Positions 8,101-17,114 of a stretch of DNA of 64,000 nucleotides are shown here, piece after piece. The notes beneath the pieces are model-generated. The model made no database searches, was not told the origin of the DNA, and was given only the letters and a program-made list of their open reading frames with translations. This DNA comes from Fibrobacteria bacterium (GTDB lineage: Bacteria > Fibrobacterota > Fibrobacteria > UBA11236). The position numbers and the translations under genes are program-made. The stretch's first letter is position 1, and each line of letters opens with the position of its first letter. The stretch is taken from NCBI GenBank assembly GCA_041746255.1, contig JBGTHM010000099.1:1-64000 (forward strand). The letters run 5' to 3'.

Positions 8101-10169
8101 TGACTGGGCCGGACTTCAATGTCGTAGAGCCCCTTGTCACCAATCTCCCCGTTTCCAATCATGACCACGGCATAAACGGCATGGAATTTGATAATCAGGG
8201 AAACTTGCTTATTACGGTAGGCGGCAACACCAATGCCGGTCCGGTTCATTGCAAAATGGGAGAATTACCCGAGCCACCCTTGAGCGCCGCCATAGTCAAG
8301 GCCCCGATTTACAAACCTGGGTTTAACGGGAACATCGTCTACGTGGAAAAAGCGACGGGCCTCGTGAACATGGACCAGGCTGACGGTGACTTGGTAACCG
8401 TTGCGGAGGGTGTCGATGTATCGGTTTTCAGTTCCGGCCATCGCAACTCATACGACTTGGCTTTGACAATCACCGGGAAATTATACACCACCGATAACGG
8501 ACCCAACAGCACTTTCGGAACCGCTTACATCGGACCCAATCTTGAAAGCACGAACGGAGTCGGGCATGTGGATGAATTGAACCTGATCTACGAAGGAAGT
8601 TATCATGGTCACCCCAATCCCGTACGCGCCGCAGATGATCCGCGTCAATGGTATTACAAGAACCTTACCGATCCATCCATACCGGGACAATTCGATCAGG
8701 CCCTGGTGTCCTTTCCTTCGTCGGTGAACGGGTTGGTGGAATATCGTGCGCAAACCCTTAACGGAGCGATGCGCGGTCACTTGCTGGCCCAAAGATATAC
8801 CGGAAACAAAGAGACTTACCGCATTGTTTTGAATGAAGCGGGTGATCAAGTTACGGCTTTGAGTACTCTGGGCAATATGAACAGCCTCGATGTTTCCACG
8901 GGGCCGGGCGGAGTCATTTTCGGATTCAACTATTCCGGTAAAAACGTGCAAATCGCCAAGCCCCTGGAGAGCGTGACGGGAACGCGGGTTTACGACATCT
9001 TTCCCTGGCGCGCCGTCACCAACCATCAGGCGCATTTCGAAATCGGGGGGGAGGAATTCGGTACTTTGGCCAATACCGTGGTCACCATCGGTGGACTAGA
9101 CGCGGAAATCTTATCCGTGACCCCCACGCGTATCAAGGGAAAACTCCCAATCGCGCCGTCGTACCTCGCGGGAGAATTGTTGAATGTTACGGTTATGACT
9201 AATGGGATAACCGCCTATTTGCCCAAGGCCTTTCTCTACTTGTCCGAATCCATCGTGCAAACAGCCGAATGGAGCCTGGGACCCAACCTCCCCGTTCCTC
9301 TGGGTGAAAACGCCGCCGGAATAATTGGAAACAAACTTTATGTCGTGGGCCAGGTGGACGCGGCTACCCAGGTTTATGATTTGGATGCCCAGGCCTGGCT
9401 ACCTCCGCAAATGTCCCGTCCCTATCCCGGGCACCATCATCCTTCAGAAGTGTATCAGAATAAACTGTACCTGTTCGGGGGCTTGGCGTCGGGATCCGGA
9501 GGTCAAGTGCAGATATTTGACCCGATTACCAATTCGTGGAGTCTCGGTCAACCTATGCCCTGGTCGGGAGGTTCTTCGATTACCGCTTTGCTGGGCGCAA
9601 AGGCGCTCGTCTGTGGTGGAATCGTTGGCAATGCTACTACTAATTTATGCGCCATGTACGATTTCCCCACCAATAGCTGGCAAATGAAAGCGTCTATGCC
9701 CGCAGGTCGGAATCATGCCGCTGCGGAGACGGACGGAGAAAAAGTTTACGTTTTCGGTGGACGTGGCCCCGGTAGCGGTGACGGGAATTCCGTCGCCAAC
9801 GGCTTTGCCAATGTACAGGTGTACGATATTGCTGCCAATTCTTGGGAAAACTCGGATGATGCGGGCTCGAATTTGGCCCCTTTGCCCCAAGCCCGCGGAG
9901 GCATGGGGACGGCCGTTTACACCGAGGGAGAATTCTATGTCATCGGTGGGGAAACTTCCACGGGAGCCGGCGCAACCGCAGATAAAACCTACGATCGCGT
10001 GGATATCTATAATCCCGTTACCAATACCTGGCGCTTGGGCCCTGCCCTACCGGTTGCGGTGCATGGTTCGTACCCGGTTTTGGAAGGTCAAAAAATCTTT
10101 ATGCCCGGGGGCGGTATCAAAGCCGGATTTAGCCAATCGACGCATTTGCAAATTTTGACCCTGCCGTAA
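5148..10169 (+). CDS. Large secreted multidomain protein: 2x malectin, ConA/DUF1349-like sandwich, PKD, PA14-like, IPT/TIG, PQQ-dependent sugar-dehydrogenase-like propeller, IPT/TIG, Kelch propeller
   Basis: Signal peptide; two INAGG..LxFAE..RVFxV repeats; SGADIWGVSDQFHF/WAKGGIMFR; WGPDGRLY..NHDHGING..GHRNSYDL; Kelch motifs KLYLFGG, KVYVFGG, EFYVIGG. RBS AAGGA upstream. Confidence 0.8.
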   Translation: MSLTSRVIVPLFIIFAAAFAVGHESTVVYQINAGGAATAEGGGWDVDGPYTNIVASGSKTTTTSSVIDMSHPSVPVGTPTSVLKTERWDSPTGAEMQWTFPVEPGEYQVSLLFAETWTKGFYVGARVFDVSIEGNLVLPNYDIFAEVGGNKAIAKTFTFQITDGAINIDFQRVVQNPAVKAIQILHIQEDEHHEPPAPEFEPILVNAGGPAIAASEAWLLDDGTFSNVAASGSKVYTTTNLINLSHPSVPAGTPASIFQTERWDPVAGAKMIWSFPVPPGTYEVSLYFAEIYPGTSTVGARVFNVFLEGTMVLNNLDIFAEVGANKGLVKTFLVESDDILNVEFAHIANNPAIKGLRIAQVSSHVPLFSNHQDIGPVAIPGSYLEGNHAAVITASGADIWGVSDQFHFAYGEEAGNLEIVAKVESIQNSHIWAKGGIMFRNSLAPGSRNAFIAVTPGNGVTFQRRLADGNISVSTKTPAVAPEYIKLSKVGNTIQGFHSENGTTWSPVGPAVEIAFDSHFFAGLAVTSHTNAALTEVSFSEVAITRETSPPHDDTYLHVVIDAPPIQFDQNGSGSEVVPLKGGGSHTHEFGYEIASYAWEFGGAIVSTNVNADINIPVGSHWVKLTITDNKVPAESLSDSLLVTVSPANAIPGLLVKAYPSANPGNLLTGPLPAATGAFQIDQSQLNAATGFQEGYLMQMTGTFQVTQAASHTFTALGGSGNQSIFINGNLVTGPVNLAVGSHTLETRFAVSAATQWPLSVTMSNGSGNPAFLTAPGVWHDLSNMPPILTYLTPDVGNFTGGNEITLTGVGFFPTTGLNVNWGGQTISTAQMQEVTPTSLIFIAPPGTNGPVTVTVNTAKGASNSRTFTYSGMGPLPIQFAFSTLTGSPNSPTTGTWGPDGRLYFGTRQGVIHAFTLNDQYQVVSEQVIAPIKSLPNPEILGIAFSPFDPPSELKIYVAHSKLFADGGFCLTGQPVPYSGQVSRLTGPDFNVVEPLVTNLPVSNHDHGINGMEFDNQGNLLITVGGNTNAGPVHCKMGELPEPPLSAAIVKAPIYKPGFNGNIVYVEKATGLVNMDQADGDLVTVAEGVDVSVFSSGHRNSYDLALTITGKLYTTDNGPNSTFGTAYIGPNLESTNGVGHVDELNLIYEGSYHGHPNPVRAADDPRQWYYKNLTDPSIPGQFDQALVSFPSSVNGLVEYRAQTLNGAMRGHLLAQRYTGNKETYRIVLNEAGDQVTALSTLGNMNSLDVSTGPGGVIFGFNYSGKNVQIAKPLESVTGTRVYDIFPWRAVTNHQAHFEIGGEEFGTLANTVVTIGGLDAEILSVTPTRIKGKLPIAPSYLAGELLNVTVMTNGITAYLPKAFLYLSESIVQTAEWSLGPNLPVPLGENAAGIIGNKLYVVGQVDAATQVYDLDAQAWLPPQMSRPYPGHHHPSEVYQNKLYLFGGLASGSGGQVQIFDPITNSWSLGQPMPWSGGSSITALLGAKALVCGGIVGNATTNLCAMYDFPTNSWQMKASMPAGRNHAAAETDGEKVYVFGGRGPGSGDGNSVANGFANVQVYDIAANSWENSDDAGSNLAPLPQARGGMGTAVYTEGEFYVIGGETSTGAGATADKTYDRVDIYNPVTNTWRLGPALPVAVHGSYPVLEGQKIFMPGGGIKAGFSQSTHLQILTLP

Positions 10170-10186
10170 ATAACAGAAAAAACCCG

Positions 10187-10223
10187 CGATCTCCCGAACT
10201 CGGCCGCCCGCTTCGGGAGATCG
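10187..10223. terminator. Hairpin between convergent genes (probable bidirectional terminator)
   Basis: 12-bp stem CGATCTCCCGAA / TTCGGGAGATCG. Confidence 0.6.
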
Positions 10224-10245
10224 TTTGGTTCGATTTAAGCCCTGG

Positions 10246-10563
10246 CTAGGCTTGTCGTCCCTCAGGATCGATTTCGTTCTGCCAGGCCAAAATCCCGCCC
10301 TTCACGTTAAAGCAATTACCGTAACCCTTGGATTTCAGGAACTCGACGGCGTTGCGGGAACGTGCTCCGGACCGGCAATGGATATAAACGGGCACATCTT
10401 TGGGGATTTCGGCGTAGCGCCCCTCAAGTTCGCTGAGGGGAATGAGCGTGGCGGAGAGGTTGATCTCATTGAACTCTTCCTCCTCCCGCACATCGATAAA
10501 TGCCGCCTCAGGGTTGTTTTCCAGCTTTTCTTTCAGTTCATGCACCGTGATTTCATCTTGCAT
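10246..10563 (-). CDS. Single-domain rhodanese-like sulfurtransferase
   Basis: IDVREEEEF, HCRSGARS, NVKGGILAW. Confidence 0.92.
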   Translation of the reverse strand: MQDEITVHELKEKLENNPEAAFIDVREEEEFNEINLSATLIPLSELEGRYAEIPKDVPVYIHCRSGARSRNAVEFLKSKGYGNCFNVKGGILAWQNEIDPEGRQA

Positions 10564-10722
10564 CGGGGCTCCTTCTTCCAATTTGGCTCCAAATATAGGA
10601 AATTGAGTAGGTGGAGGCCGAAAATTGCCACCCCCTAATCCTTGAATTCTGGTCGCTTTTAACTAATTTATTGGCCCGCCGTTCAAAACGGTTGAATTGA
10701 AAAGCAACGATAGGGTTATTGC

Positions 10723-11328
10723 ATGACTTCACGTCCCAAAGTCAAAATATCACGCGCCTTGAACCTGGCCTTGACCTCCAAAGCCGCGCGTATCATGGAA
10801 AGGCGATCTTTCACTCCCGGCCAGCATGGCTTGGCGCGTAAGAAAAGCCCCTCCACTTATAAATTACAGTTGCTTGAAAAGCAAAGGCTTCGTCAAACTT
10901 ATTATGTTTCCGAGAAGCAGCTGCGCCATTATTACGAGACCGCCGCGCACTCCCATGAATCAACGGGCGAAGCCTTGCTTCGTCTTTTGGAAACCCGTGC
11001 CGATGCCGCGATTTTTCGCCTAGGCTTCGCAAAGACCATTTATGCGGCCCGACAATATATCGGCCACGGCCATTTCAGCATCAACGGCAGACGCATTTTT
11101 ACCCCCAGCCACAAACTCAAAGTGGGCGATATTATTTCCGTCGTCGAGAAATCCAAGAGCCATCCCCAAATCATAGAGTCGCTTACCAACTCCGCAGGCG
11201 TCATGGTTCCGGAATACTACGAAATCAATAAGGTCAAAATGGAAGGCAAGCTCACTGCCAAGCCTTTACGCGACCAGATTCCCGTGAAGCTCGCCGAGCA
11301 GCATGTGGTGGAATACTACTCGAAGTAA
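10723..11328 (+). CDS. rpsD: 30S ribosomal protein S4 (stand-alone, Cys-free)
   Basis: PGQHG, LLEKQRLR..Y..SEKQ, LLETRAD..IFRLGFA..AARQ..HGH, VVEYYSK. Confidence 0.95.
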   Translation: MTSRPKVKISRALNLALTSKAARIMERRSFTPGQHGLARKKSPSTYKLQLLEKQRLRQTYYVSEKQLRHYYETAAHSHESTGEALLRLLETRADAAIFRLGFAKTIYAARQYIGHGHFSINGRRIFTPSHKLKVGDIISVVEKSKSHPQIIESLTNSAGVMVPEYYEINKVKMEGKLTAKPLRDQIPVKLAEQHVVEYYSK

Positions 11329-11378
11329 GCAAGAAGAATTGGCGGGATGCAACAAGCCCGAAGTCATAAATAAGTCAC

Positions 11379-11412
11379 AAAAAATGGTCCGGTTTCGGAC
11401 CATTTTTTTTTG
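11379..11412 (+). terminator. Intrinsic terminator after rpsD
   Basis: AAAAAATGGTCCG-GTTT-CGGACCATTTTTTTTTT: GC stem plus U-tract. Confidence 0.85.
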
Positions 11413-11491
11413 GCATCACTAATTCCAAATGCCTTGCGATGGTATCCCAAGACCTCCTCGGGTGAGTGTTTGCCCGGAATTTTCCGGCAGG

Positions 11492-12904
11492 TTATCGCTT
11501 AATCCTGAATTCTGGCGGGGAAAAGGGCATGTGAATCAAGCGCTTTCCCGCCACATCGTAATAGATTTGGCCATCCTTATTCACGAGGGTTGATTTCAAT
11601 CGGGTCCGGCTGATGGCAACGGTATTTGGCTCAAGAAGCAATTCCGGGTGATCCAGATAATAAAACCTGTTTCCCCCGTGGCCCATGGCCAGAATTCGGC
11701 CGTCACTGGCCTGGGTGAAGTGGACAATCGGCACCGGAGGCGGGGCGAATTTCTTTTTTTCCGCCATGATGCCGTTCCCGTCCAAACTCGCCACGAAAAA
11801 CTGCTTTCCCGTATAGTCCGCGTAAAATACCGCCCCGAAGAATTTGGAGTTGGAATTGCTCCGATAAATGATGGGACCGATGATACAGGTGCTGTTCCCT
11901 TTGCCCCTTGGATCGGGATGACGCAAGGTGATGGTCGGAGGAGTAATGCCCGTACGGTTGCAATTCTTCAAAGGTGCCGAATATTGAAACATGGTCACCG
12001 AATTATCGAAGCACTCCGAGGCTTCAGTAATCGGCCATCCGAAATTCTGTCCTTTTTTAACCAAGGAAATATGGTCCTCGTTCCAACCGCCCACATTGCC
12101 TACCCAGATAGCGCCGGTGTGAGGGTCCACCGCCATCTTGAAGTTATTCCGGAAACCATAGGCCCAGATTTCCTTTACCACCTTGGGGTCGGGATCGTCA
12201 ATGAAGGGATTGTCCTTGGGAATTCCGTAGTTCAAACCGGGATCCGGATTATCCACATCGATTCGAAGCACTGTTCCCAGGATGGTTTGCCGCGATTGGG
12301 TATGACGTCCGTCCGAGTTTCCGTCGCCGAAGGCCAGGTAGAGCATTCCGTCTTGCCCAAATACATGGTACATACCATTGTGTCCCGGACCATCCTTGCA
12401 ACAGAACTCCCGAATAATTTTCCGTGGCTGCCCGGAGTCCCTTTCATGTTTGGCATCGGCTTTGAATTCCGCCAGGACCTGCTTGTAGGTACTGGGATGG
12501 CCGTAATTCAGAAATTTCGCCGTGCTGTTGCTGGGAGGATTGTAGTAAAGGAAATAGCGGCTATTCGTCTCGAAATCCGGATGGAAGGCGATGGTATATA
12601 AACCTTCCTCATACTTGGTAAAAACGGGTAGTTGCATCCATTCCCAGGATTTACCTGTTTTAGGCTCGTAGTAAACAATTCTGCCCTCCTTCTCCACCAC
12701 CAGAAAGGATCCGGGTTTGCCCGGGATTTCATGAAAGGAAATCACTTTGCTGAAATTGGTGCTGGACGGGGTGAGATAGGGCTTCAGGGTGACTCCGTCC
12801 GGGAGAGCTGCCAACCCGGGGGTTATTGAAAAAGCCAATAAAAAGAAAATTCCCCCTAAGCCAGCGGAAATCGAAAATTTCCGTGAACATTTTTTCACGA
12901 ACAT
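11492..12904 (-). CDS. Secreted PQQ-dependent sugar dehydrogenase-like (GSDH) beta-propeller protein with a short C-terminal tail
   Basis: EEGLYTIAFHPDF, GHNG..FGQDGMLYLAFGDG, YGIPKDNPF, EIWAYGFRNN, GQNFGWP; signal peptide; tail with YDVAGKR. Confidence 0.85.
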   Translation of the reverse strand: MFVKKCSRKFSISAGLGGIFFLLAFSITPGLAALPDGVTLKPYLTPSSTNFSKVISFHEIPGKPGSFLVVEKEGRIVYYEPKTGKSWEWMQLPVFTKYEEGLYTIAFHPDFETNSRYFLYYNPPSNSTAKFLNYGHPSTYKQVLAEFKADAKHERDSGQPRKIIREFCCKDGPGHNGMYHVFGQDGMLYLAFGDGNSDGRHTQSRQTILGTVLRIDVDNPDPGLNYGIPKDNPFIDDPDPKVVKEIWAYGFRNNFKMAVDPHTGAIWVGNVGGWNEDHISLVKKGQNFGWPITEASECFDNSVTMFQYSAPLKNCNRTGITPPTITLRHPDPRGKGNSTCIIGPIIYRSNSNSKFFGAVFYADYTGKQFFVASLDGNGIMAEKKKFAPPPVPIVHFTQASDGRILAMGHGGNRFYYLDHPELLLEPNTVAISRTRLKSTLVNKDGQIYYDVAGKRLIHMPFSPPEFRIKR

Positions 12905-13056
12905 GGAAGGTACCCCTACTTACACGGCTAATTCCTTCAAAGAAGGCAATTCAACCCGGTTAAACTGCTATGAATTTAAACCAGTAGGGAGGGATTCAAG
13001 TCATGCAATAAGCTTATGGGGTGAGTATCCGTACTCTGGAGTGGACGGATACGCCA

Positions 13057-13512
13057 TTATTTTTCTTGTTTCCAGTTCTTCGATTTGCCGAATATCTGGA
13101 TTTTATACTGCTTGATTTTGAAATTTTCGCGGGTGGCCAATTCGGTCAAAGTCTGCTCCAGTTTACGGCTATGCACTTCACGTACCTGTCCCGTGTCGGT
13201 ACAGATAAGGTGGACATGCGGCCGCTCCCCGAGAGTGATTTCATAATGCGTATGGCCATGCCCAAAGTCGGATTCGCTTAAAATTCCCACTTCGACCAAT
13301 TGGTTCAAAGAACGATAAAGAGTCGCCCGCGAAATCTTTTTATTGGATCGCTGAACTTCGAACAGCAGTTCGTCCGCGCTAAAATGCCCAGTCTGGTCGA
13401 AAATGAAATGCAGGAGCATCGACCTTTCCTTGGTGAAGAACATCTTGTTCTTCTTCAAGTACTCCGAATAGAGGTTGAGCGCTACCGGGAAAATTTTCTC
13501 TTTGTCGGCCAT
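13057..13512 (-). CDS. Fur family transcriptional regulator
   Basis: HFSADEL, SRATLYRSL, HGHTHYE, HVHLIC. Confidence 0.92.
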   Translation of the reverse strand: MADKEKIFPVALNLYSEYLKKNKMFFTKERSMLLHFIFDQTGHFSADELLFEVQRSNKKISRATLYRSLNQLVEVGILSESDFGHGHTHYEITLGERPHVHLICTDTGQVREVHSRKLEQTLTELATRENFKIKQYKIQIFGKSKNWKQEK

Positions 13513-13524
13513 AGGGAAAAAATA

Positions 13525-15741
13525 CTAAAGGCGCGCGGGTTTTCCGGGTGAAGAGGATGGGTTCTCTGCCGAGTCGGTGAATTCGAAGAAAAGCACCCCT
13601 TTGCACTTGCCTTTTCGCGAAACCAGGTAATCGTGGAAATCCACGGTGGTTACGGTTTTGGGCTCCAAAGAGCTAGCGTGCCGAAGTTGGGGAGGTTTTC
13701 CCCTGTCCGCCACCAGGAATCCCGTATGGGTCACATCCAGGCCCTCAATGTCGGTGACGAAAGCCACTCCTAAAAACGCCTCCCCGATTTTCCAGTTCCG
13801 TATCAAGTCGAGCGCTTTTTCATAGGGAAGGAAAGGGATTTCTTCCACAGGATCTTTCGAAGGTCCCGGGATATTCTTCGCAGTATAGAACTTCTTCTTG
13901 TGAATGGGTTTGGATAGCACCGTATCGCCCGGCATACGCATGACTTTTACCCGGGAGGCGTTGTTTCTCAGCCAGTCCGCCACGAAAAAATGATTACGGG
14001 TGGAATAGGAAACGGTATCGGAGCCATAGCGTAGCGCAATGATGTTCGGCAATAATTGCGGACCACGACGGCTCCGCGCCAAGGCCATCACGGATTCCAT
14101 ATAGGTGACGCAGTCGAAGCGGCTTAAGTCGATCAGAGGATTGGGTTCCAGTTTGGCGAAGCGCCCTTCACCCGTCGGTCCCAGAAAATAGGGACGGCCT
14201 TCCAGCGCCTCGGAAAAGTGACGGAGCCTGGCAAAATAGTTTTCCGGGGCATTCTGGGTTGCGAGGAGAACTTGCCCGGTTTGCACGGCTTCGCGTTCCT
14301 TGTTGTACCACATCGCTATCCGGGCATAGAGGGAGTCGAGTAAGGCGCTCGCGCGCGCGGCTGGCCCACTGAAATCATTCACGAATAAGGCCACGGCCAG
14401 GGTATCGCCGTCGATTCCGAAGGCATAGCCGCTCAACCCTTGGACCGAATTGATGGATCCGGTTTTCATTTTGATGACCTCCAGCGGCCCATAGGGTCGC
14501 AGTCTGCTGCCCGTGGCTCCGTCCAGGCCGGGCGATGCCAGGGAGGCTACGTAATCACGGGCCTGCGGATGTTTGGTCATGGCCGCCAGTAACAGCGCCA
14601 GGCTACGGGGTTTCACCTGGTTGCGGTCGGAGAGGCCGCAACCGTCAGCCAATAGGAAATGCGTGGAATCGAGGCCCATACGAGCCAGGAATTCTTTTTC
14701 GGCGGCAAACCCCGCAACCGCAGTGCCTACCCCTTTCACCTTTTTTCCGAGATGGCGCAGCAACAACTCGGCGTGCAGGTTCTGGCTGCGCTGATTGACC
14801 TCTTCCACAGCGTTGATAAGGGGCGCGGTGGTGAAACTGAATTTCCGAATGAAGGTATCCTTGGGGTTATCGACGCCGGACTTGGGGTCTTGCTTGAATG
14901 TGATTCCGGCGTCAGCCAAGACGGTTATCAACGCTGCGCGAAAATAGGCAGGCGGATTCCGCACCGGAAGCGTATAACGTTGATCGCCCGCCGACACGCC
15001 CAACGTGCCGGTTATGGTAATCAGGCTTTGGGTAGGGTGCTGGATGACGTAAATACGCCGTGCGCGTCCGGCCACGGTTTTGGCTTGGTTGCGTATTTCC
15101 ACGTATCCGACCTCGGGCTCCACTTTGATGGCTACCGGGCCGCCGCTATTTCCGGGGGATACCACTATGTTAAAGCAATTATCGTTGTAGGATAGCGCGG
15201 AAACCTCGGCGCCGTACCAGCTTTCGAAGTGATGGGGTTTCCAACTCTTGGGCCGGTGAGGGTCGGTGAAGAAAGTGTCCGATGCCACAATGGACCCGAT
15301 GATTTCTTCAATTCCCAAGGCTTTAAGGCTATCGGCCCAGGGCCGGAGCGGAGCCATTTCATCGGGGAAAAAACGTCCGGAAACATTGGGATCTCCGCCG
15401 CCTTGAATTACGACCCGGCCCCTGAAGGTCTTTTCGCTTAAGACTCCATTCAGGTGTAGGGTGGTTGTCGGAAAATAATTGCCGGGAAAGGCGTCAAGCG
15501 CGGCTGCGGTGGTTATCAACTTAAGACAGGAAGCGGGAGTGAAGAAAGCCGTATCGTTATGCGAGGCTTCAAATCGGTCATGGCGAGTCGAATATACGCT
15601 GATGCCGAGCCGGCCATCCACCTTGGAGGACCGGGCAAACTCAAGCAAATCTTTAAGGAGCAGGGGCGAGGCCGCACCCTGATAGCCGAAAACTCCCGGA
15701 GCTAGAGAGAGGAGAGCGAAAATTCCCAGGTAATTTTTCAT
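13525..15741 (-). CDS. dacB: D-Ala-D-Ala carboxypeptidase/endopeptidase (PBP4, peptidase S13) fused to a C-terminal DUF1460/NlpC-P60-like amidase domain
   Basis: SxxK (PASCLKL), GGGDP, SxN (SQN), KTG; C-terminal FDCVTYMESVMALA, RNHFF..W, GLDVTHTG, RHASS. Confidence 0.85.
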   Translation of the reverse strand: MKNYLGIFALLSLAPGVFGYQGAASPLLLKDLLEFARSSKVDGRLGISVYSTRHDRFEASHNDTAFFTPASCLKLITTAAALDAFPGNYFPTTTLHLNGVLSEKTFRGRVVIQGGGDPNVSGRFFPDEMAPLRPWADSLKALGIEEIIGSIVASDTFFTDPHRPKSWKPHHFESWYGAEVSALSYNDNCFNIVVSPGNSGGPVAIKVEPEVGYVEIRNQAKTVAGRARRIYVIQHPTQSLITITGTLGVSAGDQRYTLPVRNPPAYFRAALITVLADAGITFKQDPKSGVDNPKDTFIRKFSFTTAPLINAVEEVNQRSQNLHAELLLRHLGKKVKGVGTAVAGFAAEKEFLARMGLDSTHFLLADGCGLSDRNQVKPRSLALLLAAMTKHPQARDYVASLASPGLDGATGSRLRPYGPLEVIKMKTGSINSVQGLSGYAFGIDGDTLAVALFVNDFSGPAARASALLDSLYARIAMWYNKEREAVQTGQVLLATQNAPENYFARLRHFSEALEGRPYFLGPTGEGRFAKLEPNPLIDLSRFDCVTYMESVMALARSRRGPQLLPNIIALRYGSDTVSYSTRNHFFVADWLRNNASRVKVMRMPGDTVLSKPIHKKKFYTAKNIPGPSKDPVEEIPFLPYEKALDLIRNWKIGEAFLGVAFVTDIEGLDVTHTGFLVADRGKPPQLRHASSLEPKTVTTVDFHDYLVSRKGKCKGVLFFEFTDSAENPSSSPGKPARL

Positions 15742-17051
15742 GGAGGTGGGTCCGCCTGCAAGAGTGAGTTAAAATCCAGGAAATAACCGGGGTAGGTTTT
15801 AGAAGTGCAGTCCGGGTCTATCAAGGTTACCGGAACGCCACCCAGGCACACTAGCGAAAAGCACATGGCCATGCGATGGTCATCATAAGTTTCGATTACC
15901 GCCGGCAGCAATTTTTCCGGGGGATGGATAGTCAGGTAGGAGGAGCCTTCTTCCACCGTAGCTCCCACCTTACGCAATTCCGCAGCCATGGCGGCTATGC
16001 GATCGGTTTCCTTTACGCGCCAGTTTCCAATATTGCGAATGGTGGTGGGCCCTTCCGCGAAAAGGGCGGCTATCGCCAAAGTCATGCCGGTATCCGACAT
16101 GCTGTCCATATCCACGTCCACTCCCCGCAAGGGCGCCCCGGACACCGTAATGGCATCCTCTTGGTATCGGACTTGGGCTCCCATTTGTTCCAATACGCGG
16201 GCGAATCCCGCTTCGCCTTGCAAGCTGTTTTTTCCCAGGCCTTCCACTCGGATAATGCCGCGAGCTATGGCTGCCGCAGCGAGAAAATAAGAGGCGGAGG
16301 AGGCATCGGCCTCCACGTAAAAATCTCCGACTGAATGATAGGCCTGAGGAGGGCTTAGCCGGAAGACCTGGTAGGAATGCTGCTCCACCTCCACTCCGAA
16401 TCGACGCATGAGGGCCAGCGTGAGTTTAACATAGGGCTGCGAAACCAATTCGCCTTCGACATGCACCTCGACAGGCTTACGGCAAAAGGGGAGCGCCATT
16501 AAGAGTCCCGTCAAAAACTGGCTGGAAATGGAGCCGCGTATCGAGGTACGGCCCCCTTCCAATCCCTGGGCATGGATGGACAAGGGTGGAAACCCAGGTT
16601 GGCCCGTATAAGAGATGCGGGTCGCTCCCGCCAAGGGGGTCAGCGCATTTACCAGGTCGCCGATGGGACGCTCGCGCATACGCGGCACTCCATCGAGGAG
16701 AAACTCGCCTTTTCCGGCGCAAAGCAGGGCCGAAAGAATTCGCATGGCTGTGCCTGCGTTGCCGACAAAAAGGGATTGGGGGGTCGGAGAATGGATAGGG
16801 CCGCCCAAACCGACCACTTTGGCTTCTCCAGAGCTGAATTGCAGAGAGATTCCCAATTGCGCCAATGCCTGGCGCATATAATTGACGTCATCGCTTTCCA
16901 GCAGGTTGTGAATCCGAGTGGTTCCATGGGCCAAGGCGGCCAGGGGAAGAACGCGATTGCTTATGCTTTTGGAGCCGGGTGGGCGGATATGACCGTCGAT
17001 GAAGCGGCTGGGGGGAAGCGTGAGGGTTGCAGCGGAAGCGGAAATCGGCAT
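15738..17051 (-). CDS. aroA: 3-phosphoshikimate 1-carboxyvinyltransferase
   Basis: PGSKSISNR, GNAGTAMR, SSQF, RVKETDRI, DDHRMAMCF. Confidence 0.97.
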   Translation of the reverse strand: MPISASAATLTLPPSRFIDGHIRPPGSKSISNRVLPLAALAHGTTRIHNLLESDDVNYMRQALAQLGISLQFSSGEAKVVGLGGPIHSPTPQSLFVGNAGTAMRILSALLCAGKGEFLLDGVPRMRERPIGDLVNALTPLAGATRISYTGQPGFPPLSIHAQGLEGGRTSIRGSISSQFLTGLLMALPFCRKPVEVHVEGELVSQPYVKLTLALMRRFGVEVEQHSYQVFRLSPPQAYHSVGDFYVEADASSASYFLAAAAIARGIIRVEGLGKNSLQGEAGFARVLEQMGAQVRYQEDAITVSGAPLRGVDVDMDSMSDTGMTLAIAALFAEGPTTIRNIGNWRVKETDRIAAMAAELRKVGATVEEGSSYLTIHPPEKLLPAVIETYDDHRMAMCFSLVCLGGVPVTLIDPDCTSKTYPGYFLDFNSLLQADPPP

Positions 17052-17114
17052 AGTGTAAAAGTATTAAATTGGCCCATCATCGACCCCGGCTGAATCCATG
17101 CCCGGGAATTCGGC

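Noticed and set aside
13025..13052. Hairpin after fur as a small RNA
   Set aside because: Position immediately after the stop codon fits a 3' stem or weak terminator; nothing else supports an RNA gene.
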